A DNA stretch of 52,030 nt, the filler included, from Sphacelaria rigidula (taxonomy: Eukaryota), in the NCBI GenBank assembly GCA_964200075.2. It is 3 parts of 3 records of this genome, joined end to end, with 100 filler letters (N's around TTAATTAATTAA, not from the genome) between each part and the next. Parts side by side here need not be neighbours in the genome. Positions count along the whole stretch, not along the records: positions 17,380 to 34,655 come from CAXNAA020001121.1; positions 34,756 to 52,030 come from CAXNAA020001122.1; 1 more part is not named here. One strand, given 5' to 3'. How positions within the stretch are numbered: the stretch's first letter is position 1; every line of letters begins with the position of its first letter. Under the pieces are notes generated by a model, which searched no databases, was not told the origin of the DNA, and saw nothing but the letters and a program-made list of their open reading frames with translations. The position numbers and the translations under genes are program-made. Below are positions 34,126 through 46,199 of this stretch, piece after piece.

Positions 34126-34655
34126 TGAAACATAGCTGCAGCTGCTGCTGCTGCTTCGTGATCGTTTTTTTCAACGGTCCACCTTAGAGGTCTAAGCGTC
34201 AACGCCGGGTACACTTATCATGGGCGGGGCACGGTTTGGTCTGTTTTGGTCTCTCAAACGGGTGGGGGCGGGGGTCATGGGTGTCGGAAATTCCAATCCA
34301 CGGGGCCCCTTGGGCCTTGATGTCTTTCCCTGAATTTGCGGAGTCCCCCTAGAAGTGGATTCCGAACAGCCCTCTGCTTGGACGAAAAAAGATCGTGGAG
34401 TAATCAAAAAGGGACGTTTCCGACATAATTGAACTTCTGATCGAAAGCGGGCTTCGCCAGGCTCAGCCCTCGAAAAGATCCAGTGTTCATGTGTCCGCAC
34501 TGAAAACAAGTATCTGCCGAGCATGGATTTCAGTGGAAGAATCCTCGACAACTGCGCCTCTGATCCAAACATTGGAGGTGGAGGGGGGGGGGGCGTACTC
34601 ATTCGTTGCTTGCCTTATTCTTTTGACGATGAACAACCCATCTCTTCCGGGAGGG

Positions 34656-34755
34656 NNNNNNNNNNNNNNNNNNNNNNNNNNNNNNNNNNNNNNNNNNNNT
34701 TAATTAATTAANNNNNNNNNNNNNNNNNNNNNNNNNNNNNNNNNNNNNNNNNNNN
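34656..34755. other. Assembly gap spacer (N-TTAATTAATTAA-N, 100 nt)
   Basis: Same linker as at 17280. Confidence 0.97.
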
Positions 34756-34821
34756 AATCAAAGGGAATAAGACCTCGGCACCAAAGATCACAAGACCCCC
34801 CCCCCCCCCCCCCCTACACTC

Positions 34822-34920
34822 GAGCCTGGTCCGGCGAAAACTCGGCGTGCTACCGTCCCGGCTTTGTAGGGATGCAAGGTCGATGGTTTGATGACTATGG
34901 CATGCATGGTCATGAGTACA
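34822..34920 (+). mobile_element. C-tract-associated short repeat with a 12-bp direct flank
   Basis: CCCCCTACACTC at 34810-34821 and 34921-34932. Confidence 0.8.
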
Positions 34921-36081
34921 CCCCCTACACTCCCCCCCTCCATCCACCAGTGGACAGCTCGAACCAATATCTTGAATCACTCACGTTTTTTTCCATTGGT
35001 TTGCCATACATAACCCACCAAGGTATCTCGTATCGATCACCCGCTGAATCAGTAGGGTTTGCCTGCATTGGGCTCCTCCTGCCCACGCCATTTTCTCGAG
35101 AGAAAGACGCTCTAAACAACCCCGACGATTACGGTCTACCGAACCATTTCGACCATTCCACCAGAGTCTCCACCGTCGGAGGTTTCGGTGTCGACCCCTG
35201 GCCGCCGCTGTTGCCGAAGACATCGAGGCTGAAACGTGCCGGATGTAATATCTTCTCCTTCTCTATACAGCGAAACCAAGGCGCGCTCGAGTTGAGCTAC
35301 TAATACCACGCGTTTGTTCACGCGCTTGCGTGATCCCACGATAGGTGGGGGCGAAGGGGAGGGAGGGCGGGGTAAGTGTTTGTTTCATCACCCGTGATGG
35401 TGAGGTTCGGGGGTGTGTTGCACAATCTCGGCACACAAGACGTGGTCTTCTTTTTTTCTGCTCTTCGTCACACGTGCCACCCTTTCGGAACAAATCCGCG
35501 ATCTCTATCAATGAACCCATATTTCCACCCAGTACAGTACACGTCTTGTTTTTTACATCGTGGAATAGATTAGCACTCCTGCACCGCACAGACTCTCGTC
35601 AAAATGAGCTGAGTCAACCTCTTGTTTGATACTCACGTCCACATGCTTTCAACGGTAGAAATCAGATTCCCCTTGTATCCGCGAAACTCATTCCAAGCGG
35701 CGGGAGTCTCCGTGCTACGTTGATACCACGAGGCCTTCGACTGAAAATTTCCGGCTATCATCGGCGTTTCCAAGGCGGCCCACTTCGTGCAAAGCAGTGG
35801 CTCGACCCGATCCCTCCTACAACAGAATAGCGGGTGGGCACGAGAGTAGAGGAACAAACCAGGAACCCCACCCGCCCACCCACCCTCCTAGCGTTGGGTC
35901 ACTCAATCTCAAGTCGCTGGCTACGAATGCGACGTCGACGTGTGTCCATGTCTACCTACTGCAGGATTTTTGTGGCTCGGTGTTTGATATACCAATCGAT
36001 GCTCCTTGCATGAAGTGGCATGAAAATGCCTCACGGTCAAAAAAAGGGGATGCGGGTGTTTGATAACGTCTTGGTACGCAG

Positions 36082-36138
36082 GTGGCGCGTATGGAGCAAA
36101 AGGAATTGACGCTCATCCAGCAGCTTAAGAGCACACAG
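36082..36138 (+). CDS. Exon of an uncharacterised coiled-coil protein
   Basis: CGCAG acceptor, VARMEQKELTLIQQLKSTQ, CAG|GTGAGG donor; joins in phase to 38411-38500. Confidence 0.6.
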
Positions 36139-37494
36139 GTGAGGCGTCATACAATGAAACGCTACTATATATATGCTCGTACACTACACGTATATTCCGG
36201 AGTATATTGCTACATAAATGCATATATATATATTTCTGTAATATCAGATGATAGCTTAATACGGCAGCGTCAAATCTATATATTAAATACACGTGTAAAA
36301 CATGTATTCAAAATCCAGAAATGGTATCACCAGGCCACTGAGACCACAGAAAGAAGGATTGCAAGGTACCCTGCAAACAAATATCGCCTATCCGGTATTT
36401 CGAAAAATAGAGAAAATAAATCACTTGCCTTGCATGTATGTCTGGGTAAAAATCTTGAGTGCAAAGCATGGGCATACATATGTTGGATTCTTGCTAGAAT
36501 ATTGATCAAAATTGTATCATTGCTGTGTCAATCAAACCCAAAAAAACGCCTAGATCGTCTTCTACATTTTGCATCCCTCCGCGCGTTCCACCCTTCTCCC
36601 ACTTAGGACGAGTCCATAGTCTCGAACGAGCAATCCATCTCTCGTGCGGTAATGCCGTTGCCTTCCACGTGCTGGACAGTCGAACTGTGGATCATGACCA
36701 TCGTTACTCCCGCAATCCGTTTCCATCATTGTATGTATGGTTGCCAATTTTCACTGTCCGCCTGTCGAACGGCGGGAACCGAAAAAACGGAGGGCTCCAG
36801 TGTTGAGATCTTGAATCCGTAACATCCGCCCACGCTGTAACGTCGATGTGCCAGTTTGACTACCGGGGCGTGGCGGCAGACTTGTAGTGTATAGCAGTAT
36901 GTATACAAACCGTGCCTGTTATCAAGCGTTAAAGGGTATCGGGAAGAACCTGAGCCTGACGCCGCTATCCATGAGAGTGAGCTTTGGTTTGATGAGACAT
37001 TCGAGACCCGGTATTGTTAATGCCATGTCTAAGTCCCAAATTAGGAATATCACCGCCGCGGTTATGTCTTGAGACATTCTTTGCGTCACCGCATTGGTAC
37101 GGTGCGAGCTCAACACTCCCGATTCTGTGACCGACTGGGAAACACCAACACGAGCCATCTGCCCAAACTTGAGCGGAGAGAAAACAATATGGGGTCCGTG
37201 ACGATATTTTGAGAAAATTCCACAGCAACTCAAACTATCTGATTTTTGAAGCCGGATTTCGGCAAGCGGCCCTTTGCAAATTTTGGGAAATCGGCGAAAC
37301 CGGAAAATAGGTCCCGATTCACTCCGTGAGGTGATGCATGATGTTCAAGGCATGATATGGTGATGCTTCTTAGTTTGGGAGGCCACCGTGCTGTGGAATA
37401 CTTGAACACTGACATGTATGAACGAGCCAAACCCCGTTTCAAAAATTCCAGGCCTGAGGGTTCCATGGTGCTGAACCGTGTGCTGCAGAGTGAT

Positions 37495-37735
37495 GCCGCA
37501 AATAGTCCTCCCCCGCAAACCAGCCAACAAACCTCGCGTGAAGCAAATGATCATAGAGAGCATGATAGCTGGTTTCAGAGTGCATGAAGCGCTTCACATG
37601 GTGAACACTGGAGAAACCGATCCCGAGGGTGGGTCTTCCCAACTGCTCGGTGTGCTCGGCTTTTTCACTTTGATATATTTGTTGATTTTACCTCCTCAAT
37701 CTAGCCACTTCTCTGGGGGGGGGCTCATCGCCGCA
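37495..37735. mobile_element. MITE family B, diverged copy 2
   Basis: Reverse-complement similarity to 13150-13400 (e.g. tgcatgaagcgc, ctgctcggtgtgctcggcttt). Confidence 0.7.
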
Positions 37736-38410
37736 TCAATCTCTTGACGGCAGTATTTCCCACCCCTTTGCAGGGCTGTTCTCTACAAATTTGACGTTGA
37801 CGATCACCCCCCAGAGCTCATGCTGTGGGTCATCGCGAACGCCGGTGTGCCTTGACGGTTGGAGCATTACCCGTGCACGTGCAGCTACACGAGCCGAGTT
37901 TGAGTACAGAAGCGGACCCTACAATAGTGAAGAAGTCCGCGAAAAGCTTAGGCTGAACGTGCTTAGGTTAGGTACGAAACAAGGTCTGAGATGACGGACT
38001 CATCGATTCGCACCCCACAAGTTCCTATTGACCCCGTTCTGATTCTCATGCAAATCAGACATTCAGATTTTGGGTGAGAGTAAGACAAAAGGATCGAGCC
38101 TCGATCCTAAGCAGTGCTTCGCACCCGCGGGCTCGTCTTCTTTGCGTTAACCGACGTCCTGGGTGATCGCAAATCTAGGTCGGACTATAGCCCACTTGTA
38201 CCGACCACAAGACGCCCCAACCCCGTATGGTCCCTCGAGAGGGCATGGCTCTCATTCAACTGAGGCCGTGCTCTCACCACCCTAACACAAGAACACCGAG
38301 TTCCGCTCGCCGCTCTCCCCCCTCCCCTCCTTCCGCCGCCCATGCCTTCTCTGTGATCATCATAAAAACAAACGAACTGTGCGCGTACGGTCGCGTTCCC
38401 CGACGTGCAG

Positions 38411-38500
38411 GCGCTGCAGCAGCGAGCATACTTGGAGCTTGAGGCGGCCTTGACCGACTCTAGGGCGCTTGTGGCGAGACCACCGTCACAACACGTGACG
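38411..38500 (+). CDS. Exon of the same coiled-coil protein
   Basis: Strong C/T tract at 38300-38350, TGCAG acceptor, ALQQRAYLELEAALTDSRALVARPPSQHVT, GTAAGC donor; only the phase-0 frame is open. Confidence 0.62.
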
Positions 38501-40589
38501 GTAAGCCTGTGACTTCGACTTACCCTCGGGCGGGAGATCAACCTTTCAAATAGTGTACTCGTTCGTTCCCCCGAAGTGGGGGAACTACGATGGCTAGCAG
38601 TTAGGTTTTGAGCGAGGGCGATGCCGACTCAAACTCTGAGTGAGCGGGGCTGCACACCCGAGTATAGACACGAGAACCTACAGTAAGTAGCTGCTGGGGT
38701 CGCGACTTTAATTCATGGGGAGTACATCCGGGTGATCAGATTAAGAATAAAAAAAAAATCCATGAATGCATTAAATAATTTATCAGGGGGAACGAAGACA
38801 CCTGGGCGCTCTATTGTGGAGATTGACTGCTACTCTTTCAGCTACATATTGTTGAACCGAAAAATATGCTCACCTTGTGCTACGAATCTTTTACCACACC
38901 CCGGTGTATCGTGCCCACCCATCTAAATAATATTCTGTACTGGGCATCCACCGTCAATGTTTGTACACCCTGTGGAACCAAGGGATGCAAGCTCTTCAAG
39001 ACTGGGGCTTTCTCGAGAAAGTTTGGGATTGTTTGAAGGTCGGTCGCTAGTGCTGAGTGTAGCTGTTGCCTCCGTCACACTTTCAAGCCTTCTCCTTACT
39101 GGGAACGAGTCCGGGATCTCAAGAGGATCAATCCACCTCGCCCCCGGCACGTGAGGTGCATTCTTTGGTGGCGCGAATTAGATTGGGACTCTCATATCGC
39201 GTCAACTCTCGCCAAGCAAGCTGCCTCTGCTGCTCACGTCGTCACCTTTTTAACGGCGAAGATTACATACTTCTCCAAACAACATTCAAATTGCATATGC
39301 CCAGAATTGAACCTGCAGTCGTCCTATCCTATGAGCCTCCGTTTTGCCAATTAGATCACCGCGGCGGCATTTCAGTCATGAAGATTATTGTCAAAAGGAT
39401 CATTGCCGCAGTTGTTCACACTTTTATCAACTCGGGTACCTCATTCCCGGGAAAATTCATGTTTGCACGCATATTACCAAGAGTTGAACGCCGTGTTCGT
39501 TAGCATCGGTTGGGTAATTTCTTGCTCTTCGCATCCTGATGTCAACCCTCACTGGCCCCTCTCGAGGTCAAGAGCTGCACCTAGGTGAGCCAGATTCTTA
39601 GTACATACGAGTGGACAATGACAGCACCTGCAGATCACTAGACGATTCTGTATTTTTTGCAGTCTCAGACACTAGTAACCAAATGTCATTGTTGGCATTG
39701 CCTACATATTTACCATTGTCCAAGATAAATAAGGATATTCAAAACAACGTGACTAGTCTTGCAAACGGGCTGGTTTTCAAGAAAACGCTCTAGGCCTGTA
39801 ACGGCACACCAGACCAACGGTCACATATAGTGAGTGCTATAGCGGCAGCTCCAGCCTCAGTCTTGACCTACTTTGACACTGCGTGCAACGGCTCAAGTCT
39901 TTGGTGAGATATAGATGAGTGTTTCGCTTACCTTGATATCGTGGGCTTTCCTTGACTCGGTTCCCCAGGATACGGCAACGTAATAGTACTGATACAAGGT
40001 GAACAAAAGTTATCTATGAAATCGGCTAGACAGCTAGTGGTGGCAGCTTCCTCGGCAATTTTGAGGCTGCAGGGTCAGACGGCAACCGAGTGGTTCTAAC
40101 CGTCACATATCGAAGAATTCAATATCCACGCGTCTCAAGTCTGTAATAAGTCGTGGATACGTGTTTTTTGTTGATAGTCTGCCCACCTCCCCAAGCCCTT
40201 CGGTTGCGTTCCATGAATACACATACCGCAGGCTCGTTAACAGGAGAACCCGTGTCCGGCATCGTTTCTCTGCGAGGAATGAAGGCCGCTAACGCATGTG
40301 GCGGTTCTTCTCCGCGTCACCTGATCACCTTTTTCGAGGAGCTGCTTAGTAGTACAGCGCACCAGCGCGATTTGTGTCTCGGGTATGACTGACAGAACCT
40401 TCAACTACTGCATGCATTTGGCGTCTTGTTATTACGTCTTGGTCTCGAAGGTGAATAGGTGAACCACACTCGGAGAAAGTACTCGGGCGAAAAGCCGACG
40501 CCACTTGACTCCTCGAACGCTGACCCTTCTCTGCGTCCTGGGAGATTGCCGATTGTTTCCGTTTATCCACTCTGCATATGTATATATAT

Positions 40590-40842
40590 GAGTCATGCTA
40601 CGATAGGGCGGGGGGTGTTCGATTCTGCGAAACGATTGGCTCATAGATGCGTCAGATGACTCCACACACGCGCGATGCGCTCGTATTTGGGTAAAGGCGA
40701 TGTCAAACAGTATGAATGAGTATTATAAATCGGAAGCAAGCGCGTTCGAACTACCGTTGCCACTATCAACGACGAGTGCAAGTAGAATTTCGTGGAAGAA
40801 AGCGGCCCAAAATACCCCCCCCCCCCTATCGTAGCATGACTC
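40590..40842. mobile_element. MITE with GAG...CTC termini inserted in a (TA)n run
   Basis: TIR GAGTCATGCTACGATAGGG(G/C)GGGGGG; flanked by ATAT. Confidence 0.88.
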
Positions 40843-42211
40843 ATATATATATATTTACACCCTTTTCTTTCTACACCATGTACTCTTTGGTCGGGCCCTA
40901 CTTCACATACTTTTTGGTCGGGGGCTTAGCGTAATCAAGGGAATAAATGTTTTGCAGGCTTGAGAACACAAGTGCTGCACTTTTTAGGGTCCTGAGCGAT
41001 CACAAGCGTCGGTTCGTCGTTGTATGGTTACGCGTCAGAGTTTGGTCGCTCATGAATGCATCCGTTCACGATTGGTTTTGGTGTTGGACTCTCCGTCTAT
41101 TATCCTGCGTCGAACCATGCATATAGCCAACGCCGTGCACTAAAAGTACGTAAATCAACAGCAGGATTTGAGTCCCTTCACAAGTGGGCACTCATGTGTC
41201 TCCGTCACGTCAACTTCAATTTTGCCAGCAAAACGAGATCACAGCCAAGGTTTTCCAGTTGTGCACCTCACAAGAGCTCAACGGCTGCAAATATTACGTC
41301 GAAAATGATCAAAACACTTGCGGTGTTATGTCTGTTGTGCGGTACAAACGTGGAGAAATGTGGTCTTGACATGCGGCGAGATTCGGCATTTGACGAGATT
41401 TATACTCGGTCTACAATGGACTCTCCTAATTTGGCAACATTTGATTCACCAAGATATAGCCATAAATCGCGTCGAGAGGATGATCGGCTTCAGAAACCAG
41501 GTCTTCGAATTTATGGTGAAGACTACAGAGAACTGGTTTCAGCAACCAGACCGGAGTTTATTGTGAAGAATGAAGGATCGGCATGAATTACGCCCCGCTT
41601 TCAAGTGTCGAATGAAGAGTGGATTGTCACCTTAGCTGCTTGATTCAGGGGGGTGATGTCGGATGTCCAAGGATTAAATGACCATTCGATTGAGGTGCAA
41701 GCTACAGTTGATATATGCTCAGCTGCGGCACAATGAACAGAAAGATACAATTAGAGAAGTAAGAAGAACAAAATATGTATATTACACTCAGGGAAGACTT
41801 ACGTATAGTCTTCTTGGATCCTGAGGCTCAATCTACGCGGAAAGGGGGGTAGTTGGAGTCTATCAGACGCTGTCGAAGAGTCGATTTATCCTTTGCTACT
41901 GTTGAGGCCTTAGGCGGTGAGAAGAGTGCGAACAGGGGGCTGTGCACTTGACTGTCAGCCAGTTCCCGGACATGTTTCTACTCAAAGTCATACCTCAGAA
42001 ACGTAGCTAAGCAAATTCAAATAAGCATACGTATATGTACCGTTGAACTCCAAGAATTCCACGCCATCTCATACGATAGCGTCCAACTACGCACGTTTCA
42101 ACCAACAGCTGGCTCGTGCGGCATCTACAAGCCGCTGAAATATTCGCCAAAGATATACAACTCTAGTAACCGCCGGTCTGTGTGTCCGGACGAACTACAC
42201 TGCAGAGGACC

Positions 42212-42850
42212 CATCACATAACATATGCCTCTCATGGTTGAAGCACTCGCAGATTCAGATTATGACAAGAGGCGAGAGTGCTTCATCCATACCTTCTCCC
42301 GCACCACAAAAATGTAGATCAACACAAAGAATGAAGAGAGGAAGAAAAAACCAACAAACAAACAACATAAAAAAAGGCGAAAAAGAAATCGAAGTGATAC
42401 AGTACAGTGTCCTCGAATTCCGTGAGATTCTCACAAGGAGACATAAGCAAAAATAAATAAATAAATCAAACCGACCTACCCTAAAATGCAGTGCCCCCCA
42501 AAAGCCGTCAGCATTTCCAATGTAGTCACAGGAAATCAGAAGCTCATCCGTGAAAGGCCATCATACCCTGTCATAACTGTATGATGAAAACAGTTTACTC
42601 TTACCGGGTGTCCGATTTGTTTGAGTGCATTGGTAGAAAAACAAGCAAGCCCGCCAAGGCATTATATCACTCCGGTAACCAATTTCCTGCTAATCACTCG
42701 TCCCAGTCAATCAGCAAAAGCCAACAACCGATTTCGTTGCGAAAAAGGTGGTTTCCCGCGAAAACCATACGTTGAAAAATAACAAAACACGCATGATACA
42801 GACAATCAACCCGGTTGACGTGAGTCAACTGTCGGTACATGTTTGTGACA
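42212..42850. repeat. Dispersed repeat E, copy 1
   Basis: Direct diverged match to 46200-46750, starting atcacataacatatgcctctcatgg. Confidence 0.75.
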
Positions 42851-44999
42851 GCAACGTTTTGCTATGGACGTTTGGGTGATGATCCAGTCGTACAGCACTT
42901 TTTTTTTTTTACACGACGAGATACGAAAACAACCGACCGGTTTGTGAGGTCAGGTGTTCGTATACGTAAAAAAAACCGTAGTGGAGTCAATACACAACCT
43001 TCGGGCCTACTACGTACTTCCGAGGCGGATCGCCCAACACATTTCTGAACCACGACAAATACACAGGACGAGAGAGGACCAACGCAGCCCACTCCTCACA
43101 GTATTTGCCCGTTCGGACTAAAACGAGACTGGCCCGAACATAACCTGGGGTAAAAACCACAGCTGGTCGTACCGTCACGTTACTTCGTCCAATAATCTCT
43201 CATAAAAACAAAACACAAGCGACCGATTTCAGGGGCGGGTAATTGTACGCAAAAAACTGGTAAAAGCGACAGAAAAAAATAGCGAGTGGCGGACTCTGAG
43301 TCTGTAGGCTGTACCAATGGTCGAATACCGACATGGCGGAACGGACAGTTCCGGAAGAGCAATCTACCTTATTATGGTTCGTAGTGGTCCTGTATGAGGA
43401 GACGTTTGCAACCGGTTATACCGCGACTTCAATGACAATTCTTCAACACCGCTATGTACTACGCGGCCAGAGGTGACCTCGTTGTAGCGTACCAATCACC
43501 AAAATGTAAATAATCGCGTCGCATAACCCGTGACCTTCCTACAAACGAGGTTGGTCACACGTGTGCAGGACTCGCAAAAAACAAAAGGCCAAGTGTTCTA
43601 GACTCGAGGGTCAGGAACTTGGAACACTCATGGCAAAATTCCCGACATAGACGCGGGAACCAAAACCAAAGTAAATACATAACCAGGGGCACGCTGGGCA
43701 ACAGCGAGAACGAAATATCAATAACATAAAGAAGAAACACAACGCGGGGCAGCCGTCCTTGTAAACGGTAGCGGTTATCGTGTGTACGAAGCAAGTAGGG
43801 CCAAACATTTCAGCCAAGAAGATCAAAACATTTCAGGCACTCGGCTTCGGTTACTATCGCCCATGTTCAAATAAAACTCAACGTGGTACGCACATAAAAA
43901 AGGGACACGTCACGACCGATCCCGAAGAGGGAGGCGGTATGCGTGTGCGGAGCGGTTGGGCAAGAGCGCAATTATTCCAGACGGGGGGGTCAGGTATATC
44001 TAGCGCTCGCTCCTAAAACTCTTTGCCGAAAAGACAAATAAAAAAACGACATCACAGAAGCACCTCATGTGATAGATGTTGCCTCGGCCCCCATTAAACT
44101 CTTTTTTGGGAGGGTGGATGCCGCGAAACGAGTCTTTTCGCAGCAAAGAGGGACGGCTGCTGATCACCCTTGAGCAGCTATTATCCGATGATCATTCCTA
44201 GCAGAAGTATACGAGCAGAAGTGTGAGCCGTGCACTCGATTCGAGAGTGGGACAGATGAACTTGGAAAATGCAACCAAAGTTTTCGAAACTAATAATTTA
44301 CATCTCGGGTGCTGTCCAGCGCACGCGCCCAGTTCACCGTACCCACCAATTCGAGCGCTCATCCTTGCGATCATCGTAGAGAGACAGACCGTGAAGTGAG
44401 CCGAATGAGCTTGAGCGCGGTGTGTGCGTGGTTCGGAGGACGTTTTTAATTTGTCGGAGGTGCCCGAAATCCTCACGTTCACCCCTGGTGATCAAAATTG
44501 CAAATAACAAGCGCATGGCACAGCCGTCAAACTAGAGAGGGCGAACTTGGCCCCAAGGGACAGGCTGATCTGGACGCGCCTAATAATGGTGCGTCTTTGG
44601 ACACCAATATCGAGAACAGAGGTCGAGAACAGAGGTCGAGAACGTTTTCTGTGTCACGGAGGCTAGTTTAACCACCGTGCTGGTTTTTTGAGGACTTGAT
44701 CTTTCCGTCGAGGGTCAGGGCGAAGAGTTTATCAAAAACGGTATGCTTAATAAAGCCCGGGGGGTATCTAGAGTGCTGAAAAAGACACGGAACGTCGATA
44801 GAAAGACCCGCGTTCTCGTCCCCCCATATGGTTCGAATAAAGAGAACAAAGACACGAGCAGTGAATCAACTATATATTGGGGATGAAGCACGTGTTTCCG
44901 CAAGAAACAGGGACATGAGCGAAAAATTTCAGACTACACAAATCATGAGGGAGCACACGGTGCAGGTTGGTGCAAGATTTGTCCTAACATCATACACCA

Positions 45000-45322
45000 A
45001 ACCGAAATATAATATTGATTAAACCCGAACAGCAGCATGCATTGAACCGAACCGAAAGATGGATCGAATCCGAAAACACAGCAGATCGAACTGAACCAAA
45101 ACATAGATCGAACCGGAACGATAGCATAGATCGAACCGAAACGACAGTATACGTCGAACCGGGTGAACCATAGATTGGACCGGGAGAACATCTATAGATT
45201 GACGCGAACGGAAACAACATAGATCAGACACGACCAAAACATGCATGGAACCGGAACAAAAACATTCATTCGTCGAACTGAACTGTAATAGGTGAAAACC
45301 GGAACAACAACATTCATCGAAT
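45000..45322. repeat. Degenerate 22-23 bp minisatellite
   Basis: About 14 units resembling CATAGATCGAACCG(G/A)AAC. Confidence 0.8.
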
Positions 45323-45429
45323 GTCAAGTGGAAAGGGATTGTCACACTAGCTGCTCAAGACAGCTTGCGTGATAACTGAGTTCCCAGGATCAAGTCTCCT
45401 CTACTGTACGCTTGCGGTTTGTGATACTG

Positions 45430-45725
45430 GCAACACTGTTTTCGTGAGATTGAGAGTTGAGGATGCGATTGAGAGTGAAAAGCGTTCAATCAGTGAATGA
45501 ATCGTTTCAGTTTCGGAATGTCCCTCCCCGAGGCCCAACATGCTTTTTGTAGTGGCTTGCGACTGAGGCTCTTGATATCCCTGAGTAGGATATCGACGTA
45601 TAGCTGTAAGCACACGCCAGTGACGGAGGCAAAGAAGCACACACGGAATGAAAAATTGGCTATGTTACAGCGAATTATCAAAGCTACCCTCGACCAGCGC
45701 TTCACACTCAATCTCACGAAAACGT
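45430..45725. repeat. Dispersed repeat D, copy 2, with near-terminal inverted repeats
   Basis: GTTTTCGTGAGATTGAG (45438) / CTCAATCTCACGAAAAC (to 45723). Confidence 0.85.
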
Positions 45726-46199
45726 ATGGAGAAAGGAACGAGCCGAGTAGGGCTGAAATATTGTCCACTCGGGAAAGGAACTTTCTTAGTCTATTCGTTC
45801 CTGAGGCTCAATCACCGAAGCCGGAGACAGTTGATGGCGCAGTAGACGTATCAGACTTATGAAGAAGTGCTTGATTTAACCCCTACTGTACAGTTGAAAT
45901 CCAAGGGATGATGAGAGAGGGCGACTGGGGGGCTCGTGCGAAAGACCTGCCATTCGAACCCTAGACATGACTGCACTTAAGGTCATAACTCAAATCTATA
46001 GCCCTTCAAGCTCCCGATCGTATATATCCTATCGTCCAACTCTTATATGTACACGTCATACAACATCCAATAGCGAGCATTACGTGCTTTTCCTCGAGAA
46101 GACACAGTTGATCAGCTGGGCGCTCATTTTTTCGCCCAAGATATACACTCCTCGGGCCCGTTGGTCTGTACCAAGAGACGACTCAGCAATCTGCAACAT

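Noticed and set aside
36139..36606. Remainder of the 174-aa ORF 36082-36606
   Set aside because: Reads through a strong GTGAGG donor into AT-rich, intron-like sequence
36929..37277. Possible Kolobok-type element (TTAA|AGGG...CCCT)
   Set aside because: TIR match is too short and the right TTAA is absent
41056..41586. 176-aa ORF
   Set aside because: No recognisable motif or splice support; could be a decayed TE fragment but cannot be called
45000..45322. Regularly spaced repeats as a CRISPR-like array
   Set aside because: Units are degenerate and contiguous with no unique spacers; no cas genes; eukaryotic context
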